DNA of 32,092 nt, taken from contig DATEAM010000124.1 in the NCBI GenBank assembly GCA_035288385.1, forward strand, positions 1 through 32,092. The letters run 5' to 3'. Below the pieces are notes generated by a model that worked only from the letters and a program-made list of their open reading frames with translations, did no database searches and was not told where the DNA came from. The position numbers were made by a program, and so were the translations under genes. This DNA is from Thermodesulfobacteriota bacterium. Lineage in GTDB: Bacteria > Desulfobacterota > GWC2-55-46 > JADFVP01. This document shows positions 15,815 through 24,902 of this stretch, one piece after another (positions within the stretch are counted from its first letter, which is position 1; each line of letters starts with the position of its first letter).

Positions 15815-17218
15815 CTACATCTCCACGAAATAGTTCTCCCAGGCCTCGGTAACGCCCTCTATCGTCATCTCCGGAGGACGGTTGTGGTAGTGCGCGCTGT
15901 CTATTATGTGGTCGATTATGTCTCTGGGGTGGCAGGCGTTGAGCCTTACTCTGAGCCTCCTGTAGAAGTGGCTCATCAGGTGGTCGAAGACCTCCACCCT
16001 GAAGTCTATCCCGTTGGCGGCGCACACCCTCCTGAATATCTCCTCGTACTCCTGCTCGGTGGGGTGGTTTATCTGTATCTTGTACCTTATCCTCCTCAGG
16101 AAGGCCTCGTCCACGAGCCTCCCAGGCTCTATATTCGTGGCGAAAATGACGAGCTGGTCAAAGGGTATCTCGAACTTCATTCCCGTGTGGAGCGTGAGGA
16201 AGTCCTCGCCCCTCTCCAGAGGCACTATCCACCTGTTAAGGAGGTTCTCGGGGGATATCTGCTGGCGGCCGAAGTCGTCAACGATGAAGACCCCGTTGTT
16301 GGCCTTCATCTGGAGGGGGGCCTCGTAAAACTTGGTCACGGGGTTGAAGTTGAGGTCCAGCATCTTTATCGTCAACTCCCCGCCGGTCATTACCACGGGC
16401 CTCTTTATGTTCACCCATCTCTGGTCCAGGTTGTCCTTCTCGCCCTCCTCCTTGACAGGTATGTGAGTTACGGGGTCGAAGACCGTTATCACCTCTGAGC
16501 CCACGAGAATGGAGTAAGGGATGCAGACGGCGCCGGGCAGGACGTTTCCAATCGTATCGGCTATCGTCGTCTTCCCGTTGCCCGGGGGTCCGTAGAGGAA
16601 GATCGCCCTACCGGAACTCACGGCGGGACCGAGGCGCCTTAGCGTGTCGCTTATGACGAGGTGGGAGAAGGCGTCGGCAATGCGCCTCTCGCTCACGTAT
16701 ATGTGTTTTATCGTCTGGAGCTCGACTATGCTGCGGTAGTCCTCAAGGGGGACGGGGGCCGGGCCGACGTACCTGTTTAGCTCAAGGAGATCTTGCCCCC
16801 TGTGCCTGCCCTTTTCAGTTATGTTGAAGTTGAAGGACTCGCGCATGAACCCGCCGGCGCCCTTTACCTCTATGAACCGGTCTTTCCTCAGAATCTGCAC
16901 CGCGTGGTCTATGATCGCTATGGGGAGCTTTATCCGGACGGCCAGGTCCTTGAGGTTGAACTCCCCGATAAGCAGTATATGCTTCATCACAAGGTCGGTG
17001 ATGAAACTCAACTCCAGGCCCGTCTCAGTTACGCCCTTCGGCGTATAGGGGTGACGCTTGAGGAACCGCTCCAGATCATCGGGGGCTATGTGATGAAGGG
17101 CCACGAGGTTCGTCCCAAGCCTCCCTCCCCGGAGTTTCTGCCTCTCGAGGGCCTCATCGAGCTGCTGCTCGTCTATGACCTTCTCTCTTATTAGTCTCTG
17201 TCCAAGATATTCCTTCAT
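15815..17218 (-). CDS. AAA+ ATPase with N-terminal MshEN-like (T2SSE_N) putative c-di-GMP-binding domain and a central winged-helix-like region
   Basis: Walker A LYGPPGNGKTT, Walker B VFIVDDFG, an Arg-finger region LRRIRYKI, and a classic AAA lid. The N-terminus holds two 24-residue MshEN-type motifs, YLGQRLIREKVIDEQQLDEALERQ and RLGTNLVALHHIAPDDLERFLKRH, separated by 5 residues. The ORF track start is 17236; the ATG at 17218 (MKEYLGQ) is favoured. Confidence 0.85.
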   Translation of the reverse strand: MKEYLGQRLIREKVIDEQQLDEALERQKLRGGRLGTNLVALHHIAPDDLERFLKRHPYTPKGVTETGLELSFITDLVMKHILLIGEFNLKDLAVRIKLPIAIIDHAVQILRKDRFIEVKGAGGFMRESFNFNITEKGRHRGQDLLELNRYVGPAPVPLEDYRSIVELQTIKHIYVSERRIADAFSHLVISDTLRRLGPAVSSGRAIFLYGPPGNGKTTIADTIGNVLPGAVCIPYSILVGSEVITVFDPVTHIPVKEEGEKDNLDQRWVNIKRPVVMTGGELTIKMLDLNFNPVTKFYEAPLQMKANNGVFIVDDFGRQQISPENLLNRWIVPLERGEDFLTLHTGMKFEIPFDQLVIFATNIEPGRLVDEAFLRRIRYKIQINHPTEQEYEEIFRRVCAANGIDFRVEVFDHLMSHFYRRLRVRLNACHPRDIIDHIIDSAHYHNRPPEMTIEGVTEAWENYFVEM

Positions 17219-17240
17219 GGCTGCGCCCCGTAACATCTTT

Positions 17241-19763
17241 CTACTGTAGCTTGTCCTCCCGCCAGACCAGTCCCGTCTCGTCGTTGAACTTTGTTACGGT
17301 ATCCGGGCCATCGACCATACCCGTGAATTGATCTTCGTCGTCCCAGAAAACACCCTCGGGTACGAGAAACCTTATTATAACCTTTCCGGAGGATAAGTCC
17401 ATCTCGTACTCTTTGACCCTCTCCCGGACCCTGGTCTCGTAGAGACTGAAGACGAGCCTTATCCTTCCCGGGTCTCCGGTGTTTTCCACGACGAACTCAT
17501 AGGCAGCGTGCTCGGCCCTCGGCACAGTAAAGACCCTTACCGTCCAGGGTTCTTTGTCCACGGTCAGATCCCCTTTCTCTTCCTTCGCCTCCACAACGCT
17601 CTTGCCTTTTCCCTCTGACGAACTCATGGGGTGCGGCTTCTTGTAAAGGGTGTTTTTAACTCGGACTGGCGGCAGGGGGCCTTCCATGAAAAACTCTATC
17701 TTTAAGTCCACCGGGAAAAAGGCGCCCCTTTTTTTCTTCTCCTCGTCCTCGGCGATTTTCCCTTCCCGCCCCTTCATGCCGGCGAGGACGGAGCTTACCT
17801 CGTCGTGCGTCTTGGTATAGTCCCCCTCATGAACGACTATCAATTTCTGAGGCGTATGTATCTCGGCGACGACTTCCGGGAACCCGGCATCGGTGGGTTC
17901 CTTGCCGGCTTCCCTCCGCCCCGGGCCCGCACCTTCCGGTCCCGTCTCCCCCTCGGGGGTATGTATGGAGGCGACGATGGTATCCTCTGCGCCGCCTCGC
18001 TCCAGGACCTTCAACTCTCCCCTCTTGCCCGGCATGTACTCGGTAAGGGGCTGTATCTCTTTTTCGGGCATCTCTATGGACGCAACTATCGTATCCGCCC
18101 CGATATCGGCCTCTTCGGACCTGCCTTCAATGTCATCTTCTTTTAAATCCCGCCGGCCCGGGAGGTCTGTGCCCTCGGGGGTCTCTATTGACGCGACTAT
18201 TGTCTCGATAGCCTGGACGGGCTCGACGACCTTTTCAGCGGGCCTTTCAAAAGCCCCTTCTTTCGTCAACAGGGACTCTTTTGACACCTCTGGCTGCGCG
18301 GTAGAGGCTACAGCCATGGGAGCGGGCAGGTCCGACGTTTTTTCGGCCTCTTTGTCAGGCCCTTCCACTTCTTCGGCAGCCCCGTGCGAATCTATTTTAT
18401 CTTGCACGGCGAGGTCGGTCAGGCCTATCATATCGAGGTTTTCGAGGCCGTAAAAAATCCCGGGCTTCCTGGCCTCGAGCCCGTCGGTATTTAGAGCGAG
18501 CCTTGCTGGAAGGCTTACAGCTTGAGAGCGGGCCTCTTCATCCGGCCCCTCTTCACCGACAATGCAGGCCACGGGTTCGTCGAGCTCCGCATAGGAGTCT
18601 TGCTTATCCATGTAGCCGCCCCTGGCGTCCTTTACAGCCTCAAGGGCGCTGTAAAGGGGGAGGGTTCCCGAATAGAGGGCAGGGGCTTCGGTCATACCCT
18701 CCTCCACGGATTTCGCGGCGGATGGGCCCCCGGCACTTTTCTTTATCTCCTCCTTTTCGGACCTCTCGAGATCATCGACGGCAGACTCTTTCTCCTTTAT
18801 CCCGGGCGGCTTTATTACCCTCTTCTTGTCCACCCACCTCACCACAACGGTCCTGTCTTCACCGTCAAGGGGTTCGAGTTTTTTCTCTATGACCCCGCTC
18901 GATATTATGCTGACGCCGCTACCCACGAAGTCGGCAACCGCCCCTCCGGAGGTCTTTTCATTGACGGGGGGACGCCCCTCGGGCGTCTTCTCTCCGGCGA
19001 CGGGTCTTTCCGTTACCTTTATATCCCCTACCTCCTTCTCCGGACTGACTCCCGGTATATACACCCCGTTCTTCTCGACCCCGGAGGACTCTTCCCTGTA
19101 CAACCCGGCCATCCTCTCCTTACCGCCGTAAGGTTCTTCCGTCGGTACCTTTTCTTTTATGGCGCTATCCTTATGAGGACCGGTCCCGGCAGGCCTTGCA
19201 GCGCCCTGGGCGACGGCCTCTGACAAGGGCGGTTTCTCTACGAGCGGAAAAGACTTGCCGGCGGCCTGGGGAGCGTCCTTTTTAGCAGGCGGAGGAGGGA
19301 TTTTCGCCTCCCCACTCTTGCCTTCGGGCCGGAAAGAGCCGGCTGCCGCAGCTTTTTTAACCTCTTTCGCCTCTTTTACCGGTGGTTTGGCGATTCTGGG
19401 CCCTGCGGTCTTTCCAGGCGGGTTTGAGGGTTTTAGTTCCCGGGGCTTTTCCTTTTTTATATCCCCGAGCGCCCCGGTGGCCTCGGACTTCTCCTTCAGG
19501 GCCCTCTTTGCCGGTATAGTACCCACGGGGTTTTTTACGTCCCTTTCCTCGACGGGGGGCTCTTTCTCCTCCATCCGGGGTAATGCCGCCGTCTTCCTCT
19601 CGCCTTCCTTGAGATAGACAAAATACATCTCGAAAGCGCTCGTATAATTCATCCCCTTAATAAGGGGGAGCGTGAGGAACAGGTACAGGACCACAAAGTG
19701 GAGGAACAGAGAGTACAGGAGGCAGGAAGTTATGGGATTTCTCCCGGAAAGAGACGTCTTCAT
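17241..19763 (-). CDS. 840-aa orphan protein: N-terminal TM anchor, long Pro/Lys/Glu-rich spacer, four TIVASI(E/H)TPE repeats, unassigned beta-rich C-terminal domain
   Basis: Long ORF with an ATG start, ending 4 nt before the AAA+ ORF. The single N-terminal helix CLLYSLFLHFVVLYLFLTL contains an S-x3-H pattern like TonB anchors. I recognised no known C-terminal domain. Confidence 0.8.
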   Translation of the reverse strand: MKTSLSGRNPITSCLLYSLFLHFVVLYLFLTLPLIKGMNYTSAFEMYFVYLKEGERKTAALPRMEEKEPPVEERDVKNPVGTIPAKRALKEKSEATGALGDIKKEKPRELKPSNPPGKTAGPRIAKPPVKEAKEVKKAAAAGSFRPEGKSGEAKIPPPPAKKDAPQAAGKSFPLVEKPPLSEAVAQGAARPAGTGPHKDSAIKEKVPTEEPYGGKERMAGLYREESSGVEKNGVYIPGVSPEKEVGDIKVTERPVAGEKTPEGRPPVNEKTSGGAVADFVGSGVSIISSGVIEKKLEPLDGEDRTVVVRWVDKKRVIKPPGIKEKESAVDDLERSEKEEIKKSAGGPSAAKSVEEGMTEAPALYSGTLPLYSALEAVKDARGGYMDKQDSYAELDEPVACIVGEEGPDEEARSQAVSLPARLALNTDGLEARKPGIFYGLENLDMIGLTDLAVQDKIDSHGAAEEVEGPDKEAEKTSDLPAPMAVASTAQPEVSKESLLTKEGAFERPAEKVVEPVQAIETIVASIETPEGTDLPGRRDLKEDDIEGRSEEADIGADTIVASIEMPEKEIQPLTEYMPGKRGELKVLERGGAEDTIVASIHTPEGETGPEGAGPGRREAGKEPTDAGFPEVVAEIHTPQKLIVVHEGDYTKTHDEVSSVLAGMKGREGKIAEDEEKKKRGAFFPVDLKIEFFMEGPLPPVRVKNTLYKKPHPMSSSEGKGKSVVEAKEEKGDLTVDKEPWTVRVFTVPRAEHAAYEFVVENTGDPGRIRLVFSLYETRVRERVKEYEMDLSSGKVIIRFLVPEGVFWDDEDQFTGMVDGPDTVTKFNDETGLVWREDKLQ

Positions 19764-19823
19764 GACGAGGAGACGAAATTTTTAAAAACATGACCCATCT
19801 GAGAGGAGTTACGACCTTGGGCT

Positions 19824-20183
19824 TCATGACGCAAAGACCAGTCTGTCTCCCACTTCGATCCCGGACTCCCCCACGGTACCCGCGGGTAGCTCCAGAACGG
19901 TCCTTGCCCTGAAGACGATTTTAGAGAACCTGTTCGGCTGTATGTTCTCTACAATATCTACTATTACGTTCTCGGAATCAAGGAATAAAACGTCTATGGG
20001 GAATTTCATCCCCACCGTGTGTATCCCCCTGCACGGTTTTATCCAGAGGGACTCGCCTTTTGGGAAGCTATCTTTGCCGAGCAGCCCCTTCATCCTTTTA
20101 AAGAGGCCGTCCGCAACCGTGACCGTCGTGGATACGAATCTTCCGTTCCTTGAATTGCGGGCCGATAGGGAGTCAGAAGACAT
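19824..20183 (-). CDS. DUF192 (COG1430) domain protein
   Basis: DUF192-like blocks are VTVADGLFKRMKGLLGK, LWIKPCRGIHTVGMKFPIDVLFLD and TVLELPAGT. The ORF track starts at a TTG at 20216; the ATG at 20183 is favoured. Confidence 0.8.
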   Translation of the reverse strand: MSSDSLSARNSRNGRFVSTTVTVADGLFKRMKGLLGKDSFPKGESLWIKPCRGIHTVGMKFPIDVLFLDSENVIVDIVENIQPNRFSKIVFRARTVLELPAGTVGESGIEVGDRLVFAS

Positions 20184-20294
20184 TGAAAAACCCGGATTCT
20201 TAAAACCCCCCGGCAAGCATGACTTACCCGGGGGGTTCCGTTAAAAGTGCAAAGGTGAGGGCTTTCTGGATATCCTCGTCAGCCCCACCCATGG

Positions 20295-20349
20295 TTGGCA
20301 CAGCCCCGGATTGCCCCGGCCCGAGATTGGCACAGCCCCGAGTTGCCCC
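20295..20349. repeat. 23-bp direct repeat x2 (TTGGCACAGCCCCGRRTTGCCCC), 32-bp period, in the tadC-DUF192 spacer
   Basis: The copies at 20295-20317 and 20327-20349 are identical at 21 of 23 positions. A second direct repeat, ACATCCGCCCCT, occurs at 20370-20381 and 20386-20397. Confidence 0.85.
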
Positions 20350-20362
20350 ACATCCCCTCCCC
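20336..20362 (-). other. canonical G-quadruplex-forming motif on the coding (minus) strand
   Basis: The minus strand reads GGGG-A-GGGG-ATGT-GGGG-CAACTC-GGGG. At least five further C4 tracts on the plus strand lie within 20284-20397. Confidence 0.5.
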
Positions 20363-20497
20363 ATCCATGACATCCGCCCCTCGTTACATCCGCCCCTGCT
20401 CTCTTCGTCCCGTCCTCGAGTAAACCATCCCGGCCTGGACGGCGATAACGATCTTGAACCATGTCAGGATATCCACCCGGGACCTTCGTCCGGGTTT

Positions 20498-21421
20498 CTA
20501 CATTTCAGCAAAGACCCTCATGATCCTGATCATCGCCGGCACTCCAATCACAACGAACATGGAGGGGAGGAGCAGGAAGACCAGCGGGAAGAGGAGCTTG
20601 ATAGCGGTCTTTGCCGCCCTCTCTTCCGCCAGCTGTCTCCTTCTTATCCTGAGCGAGTCCGAGTGTACGCGCAGGCTCTCGGCAAGGCTCGTGCCGAGGC
20701 GTTCGGTCTGTATCAGCATGGCCGAGAAGGCCTTCACGTCGCTCTCTCCGATCCTATCAGCCATGTCCTTGAGGGCCTCGTGGCGCGGTTTCCCGGCCCT
20801 TGATTCCTGTATGCAGATCTTCATCTCCTGGGCGAGAGGGCTCTTTGCGAACTGCCGGTCCTGGGATATCCTCAACATGGCAGACTCCATGCTGAGCCCG
20901 GCCTCCACGCAGACCGTCATCAGGTCCAACACGTCGGGCAGGTCGTGGAATATCTGGATCCTTCTCTTCTTGACCTTGTTGGAGAGCCAGTAGGTGGGCA
21001 GGAGGAAGCCGATTATGCCGAGGATGATGACGCTCAGGAGAATCATCCTCGGGTCATTCTCCACGGGGAGCCCGTAGAAGACGAAATACACGCCGGCGAA
21101 GAGGAGGGCGAGGAATATCTTGGCCCCGATGAAGATGGGCAGTACCTCTCTCCTGTAGCCGGCGGAGACGATGGTCTTTCTGTACCTCCCGTACTCGTGG
21201 GGCCTCAGCGGCATCCTCCTGCCGAGTCTTGCGAGGAAACCCTGCCAGCCCGCAGGCGTCGGCCTCAGGAGACTGGAGACCTCGCCTCCTTCCTCGCTCG
21301 CCCTGAGCGCGTCGATCCTCTCTTCGAGAACGCTTTTGCTCGGGACAAAGAGATAAAATATGAAGAAGAGAACGAAGGCGGTGGCGACAAACACAAAGCT
21401 TAAGATGGCGTATAGAGGCAT
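20498..21421 (-). CDS. tadC: Tad pilus inner-membrane platform protein TadC (T2SS F family)
   Basis: 307-aa polytopic membrane protein with a T2SSF-like cytoplasmic domain (FHDLPDVLDLMTVCVEAGLSMESA). It is the second of two paralogues directly after cpaF. Confidence 0.85.
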   Translation of the reverse strand: MPLYAILSFVFVATAFVLFFIFYLFVPSKSVLEERIDALRASEEGGEVSSLLRPTPAGWQGFLARLGRRMPLRPHEYGRYRKTIVSAGYRREVLPIFIGAKIFLALLFAGVYFVFYGLPVENDPRMILLSVIILGIIGFLLPTYWLSNKVKKRRIQIFHDLPDVLDLMTVCVEAGLSMESAMLRISQDRQFAKSPLAQEMKICIQESRAGKPRHEALKDMADRIGESDVKAFSAMLIQTERLGTSLAESLRVHSDSLRIRRRQLAEERAAKTAIKLLFPLVFLLLPSMFVVIGVPAMIRIMRVFAEM

Positions 21422-21437
21422 GAGTAGACCCTTCCGT

Positions 21438-22409
21438 TCATATCCTTATGTTTATAATCCTTTTTATGACCAGAAAACCGGCTATCTGCGCGGAGACGGC
21501 GAAAAATATGGCGTACCAGCCCCATGTCACGCTCACGAGCTCCTCTATATACCCGGGGGTCGTGAAATAGAAAAAGAGCGCCATGAATATCGGGGCGGCG
21601 GCGAGTATGTAGCCCGAGGTCCGCGCCTGGGCCGTGTAGACCCTGACCTGGCGTTTAATCCTGATCCTCTCCCTTATGGTGCGCGACAACCTCTCGAGTA
21701 TCTCACCGAGGTTTCCGCCTATCTCGCGGTGGATGTTCACGGCGAGGATAAAAAACCTCAGGTCCGTGCTGTCCATCCGGGAGTTCAGGTGCTGGAGCGA
21801 TTCCCTCAGGGAAAGCCCGAGGACCTGTTCCTCGTACAGGGTCTTGAAAAGGCCGGCGGTCGGTTCCGCGGTCTCCGTGGCCACGAGCTGTACGGCGGCG
21901 CTGAAGGAGTGGCCCGCCTGGAGTGAACGGGCTATCATGTCCAGGACGTCAGGGAACTGTTCGAGAAACTTGTTATACCTCGCGTCCTTTTTAAACTTGA
22001 GGAAAAAATATGGCGAGATCACGCCAATGATCCCGAGTATTATGGATGGCACAGGTCCCTGGTTGAGGAGGATCCCGACTATCACGCCGGCGACGGCCAG
22101 GAGAAGGGCTACCCCGATAATGGACTTCACATCGATCCTCAGCCCCGCCCTGTCAATAAACCTGTGGAGGCTCTGTACGAGCCTTAACCTGTAAAGGAGC
22201 CTGTCCAGGGGGCTCATCTCCCCGAGTATCTCGATTCTCAGCTCCGTGGGGAACCTCCTGTCCGAGACGTCAAGGGCCAGGTTCCTCAGGCGTTTCTTGA
22301 GCTCATGCCTCGGCGAGGCCTTTACCGCGGCGTAGCTCATAAAAAGGGTTATGAGCCCGAGAAACCCGGCCGCGAAGAAGAGTATCGCTATCAACAGGAT
22401 CGTCGTCAT
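21438..22409 (-). CDS. tadB: Tad pilus inner-membrane platform protein TadB (T2SS F family)
   Basis: 323-aa polytopic membrane protein with a T2SSF-like domain ([21 protein letters not shown]). Its start overlaps the cpaF stop by 4 nt. Confidence 0.85.
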   Translation of the reverse strand: MTTILLIAILFFAAGFLGLITLFMSYAAVKASPRHELKKRLRNLALDVSDRRFPTELRIEILGEMSPLDRLLYRLRLVQSLHRFIDRAGLRIDVKSIIGVALLLAVAGVIVGILLNQGPVPSIILGIIGVISPYFFLKFKKDARYNKFLEQFPDVLDMIARSLQAGHSFSAAVQLVATETAEPTAGLFKTLYEEQVLGLSLRESLQHLNSRMDSTDLRFFILAVNIHREIGGNLGEILERLSRTIRERIRIKRQVRVYTAQARTSGYILAAAPIFMALFFYFTTPGYIEELVSVTWGWYAIFFAVSAQIAGFLVIKRIINIRI

Positions 22410-23713
22410 TTCAACGCCTCGTACTCGAATATACCCGAGGGCACTTCCACCCCGGTGACCTTTATCTTGTCCATGCTCCTGGGCCTTACCCCGGTGGGAC
22501 GGAAGTGGCCGAGGACCTCTCCGTTGGGACCCATCCCGATCCTTTCGAACATGAAGATGTCCTGCATGACGATGGTATTGCCCTCGAGTCCCGTTATCTC
22601 CGATACGCTCATTATCTTGCGTTTACCGTCGGAGAGCCTGCTCAGCTGAACCACTATGTGTATGGCGGAGGATACCTGTTCGCGTATCGCCCTATCGGGA
22701 AGGTCCATCCCGGCCATGAGCACCATGGTCTCAAGCCGCATCATGGCGTCCCTCGTGGTGTTGGCGTGTATGGTGGACAGAGAGCCGTCGTGGCCCGTGT
22801 TCATCGCCTGGAGCATATCGAGGGCCTCGGAACCCCTCACCTCGCCGACGATAATCCTGTCGGGCCTCATCCTCAGGGCGTTTCTGACGAGGTCCCTCTG
22901 GGTTACCTCGCCCCTGCCCTCTATGTTCGGTGGACGGGTCTCGAGCCTCACCACGTGGTCCTGCTTCAATTGCAGCTCGGCGGAGTCCTCGATGGTGATG
23001 ATCCTCTCCGTAGTGGGTATGTACTCGGAGAGGATGTTCAGCAACGTCGTCTTCCCGGAGCCCGAGCCACCGGATATGAGCATGTTGAGCCTTGCCTTGA
23101 TGCAGCCCATGAGAAAGGCGCCGATGTCCTTGTTGATGGAGCCGAAGTTGAGGATGTCGTTCATCTTCAGGGGCGTAACCCCGAACCGCCTTATGGAGAG
23201 CACGGGGCCGTCGAGGGCGAGGGGGGGGATGATGGCGTTGACCCTTGAGCCGTCAGGGAGCCTGGCGTCGACGTAGGGAGAAGACTCGTCCACGCGTCTG
23301 CCCACCTTGGAGACTATCCTGTCTATTATCTGGAGAAGGTGGTTGTCGTCCCTGAAGATCATGTCCACCTTCTTCAGTTTTCCGAACTTCTCTATGTAGA
23401 CCTGGTCGTAGCGGTTGACCAGTATGTCGGATATCTCGGGGTCGGCAAGAAGGGGCTCGAGGGGGCCGAGGCCGAAGGTCTCGTGCTGGATGTCCGTTAT
23501 GAGGCTCTCGCGCTCGGCAAAGCTCAGGGGCACCCCTTCGTCGGCGATGAGGCCCTCGAGGATCCTGACTATCTCCTTTCTGAGTATCTCCGTCTCAATG
23601 AGGTTGATATTCGTCAGGTCGAGGCTCTCGATGAGTTTCCTGTGGATCCTCGTCTTGAGACTCTGGTACTTATCCAGCTTTGAAACAGGGACCTCTCTTG
23701 TCATGTCTGCCAT
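22406..23713 (-). CDS. cpaF: Tad pilus secretion ATPase CpaF/TadA
   Basis: 435 aa with Walker [13 protein letters not shown], the Asp box/Walker B region [12 protein letters not shown], the His box [13 protein letters not shown], and a typical CpaF N-terminal domain. Confidence 0.92.
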   Translation of the reverse strand: MADMTREVPVSKLDKYQSLKTRIHRKLIESLDLTNINLIETEILRKEIVRILEGLIADEGVPLSFAERESLITDIQHETFGLGPLEPLLADPEISDILVNRYDQVYIEKFGKLKKVDMIFRDDNHLLQIIDRIVSKVGRRVDESSPYVDARLPDGSRVNAIIPPLALDGPVLSIRRFGVTPLKMNDILNFGSINKDIGAFLMGCIKARLNMLISGGSGSGKTTLLNILSEYIPTTERIITIEDSAELQLKQDHVVRLETRPPNIEGRGEVTQRDLVRNALRMRPDRIIVGEVRGSEALDMLQAMNTGHDGSLSTIHANTTRDAMMRLETMVLMAGMDLPDRAIREQVSSAIHIVVQLSRLSDGKRKIMSVSEITGLEGNTIVMQDIFMFERIGMGPNGEVLGHFRPTGVRPRSMDKIKVTGVEVPSGIFEYEALK

Positions 23714-23737
23714 AAGCCTACCTCACACTTTGAAGAG

Positions 23738-24874
23738 TTAACCGTGTATTTTTATAATCTCTTTCGATATATCCTCCATGGCGGTGTTCACCCCGGAGCG
23801 CGGGTTCTCCTCGCTTATCGGTATGCCCTTGTTGAGGCACCTCATGGCGAGGTCATACTCGTTGGGTATGGAAAAAGCTATGGAGCGCCCGAGGACCTTC
23901 TCGGCGTCCTCAATCCTTATGTCGCCCTTCTTTATGTACCTGTTTACGATAATCTTTACCCTGTCCCTGAGGCCGAGCTTGTCGAAATACTTAAGATACC
24001 TCTGCAGGTGCCTTATCCCGGGCAGGCTCATGATGAGGACCACCATTATGGAGTCCGACATCTTTATGGCCTCTATGGTCCTCTCGTCTATGACGGCGCC
24101 CGTGTCGATTATTATGTAGTCGAACATGGTCTTGAGGAGCTCGATGAGCTTCGTTATGTCGGACCCGGGGATTCTCGCCCCCTCATCGACGTTCTGGGGC
24201 TCGGCGAGGACGTGGACCCCTGAGGGGTGTTTGGTTATGACGCCCTTCATGAAGCTCTCGTCGAGGCGGCTCATGTTGGTGGTCACGTCGCTTATCGTGT
24301 AGGTCGATTTTATATTGAGGAAGGTGGTCACGTCCCCGGCGTCGAGGTCCAGGTCGACGATGACGGTGGGTTTGCCCGTGACCTTGTGGACGTTGGTGGC
24401 GAGGTTTACCGCCAGGGTCGTAACCCCCACTCCGCCCTTGGGGCTGAAGAGCGTATAGACCTTGCCGACCTCGGCCTCCGGGGCCGGTTTGGTTATCCAC
24501 AGGCGCCCCATCTTCTGGAGGGCCGATGAGAGGTCCTCCTCGGTAATGGGCCTCAGGATGTACTCCGTGGCCCCGGCCTTCATGACCTTGAGGATGGTAT
24601 CGGCCGACCTGTCGGAGGAAGTTACGAATATCGACGTCCTGGGGAACCTTTCAAGGATGGAGTGTACCTTTCCTACGGCGTCGTCGATACCGTCGGTGAG
24701 CTCCATTATGACGACGTTGGGCCTCTTCTTGTGCACCATCTCGATGCCGCTCTCGAAGTTGGAGGCCACGCCCTCGATGGAGGCGTGGTCTCCGAGGTGC
24801 TGTATGAAAGATACCATCGTCTTGACGGAGTCGGTGTCGCTGTCGATTATCACTATCGCTATGTTGGGGTTCAT
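23738..24874 (-). CDS. cpaE: CpaE/TadZ: atypical receiver domain fused to a ParA/MinD-type ATPase
   Basis: 378 aa. The N-terminal REC-like domain has Glu at the acceptor position (VVIMELTD). The deviant Walker A is FSPKGGVGVTTLAVNLA. Confidence 0.88.
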   Translation of the reverse strand: MNPNIAIVIIDSDTDSVKTMVSFIQHLGDHASIEGVASNFESGIEMVHKKRPNVVIMELTDGIDDAVGKVHSILERFPRTSIFVTSSDRSADTILKVMKAGATEYILRPITEEDLSSALQKMGRLWITKPAPEAEVGKVYTLFSPKGGVGVTTLAVNLATNVHKVTGKPTVIVDLDLDAGDVTTFLNIKSTYTISDVTTNMSRLDESFMKGVITKHPSGVHVLAEPQNVDEGARIPGSDITKLIELLKTMFDYIIIDTGAVIDERTIEAIKMSDSIMVVLIMSLPGIRHLQRYLKYFDKLGLRDRVKIIVNRYIKKGDIRIEDAEKVLGRSIAFSIPNEYDLAMRCLNKGIPISEENPRSGVNTAMEDISKEIIKIHG

Positions 24875-24902
24875 CTTATACTACAATATCCTCCTCAAGT
24901 TT

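Noticed and set aside
20295-20349. TTGGCAC...TTGC in both 23-bp direct repeats looks like a sigma54 promoter.
   Set aside because: The spacing between TGGCAC and TTGC is 9 nt instead of 5. The elements also face the plus strand, where nothing plausible is encoded. I kept them only as direct repeats.
20241-20462. A 73-aa minus-strand ORF filling the tadC-DUF192 spacer.
   Set aside because: The product is Gly/Arg-rich with no hydrophobic core or motifs, its third-position composition is unlike neighbouring genes, and it has no SD. The sequence is better explained by repeats and G-tracts.
20471-20497. A hairpin, ACCCGG-N9-CCGGGT, right after the tadC stop as an intrinsic terminator.
   Set aside because: No U-tract follows on the minus strand.
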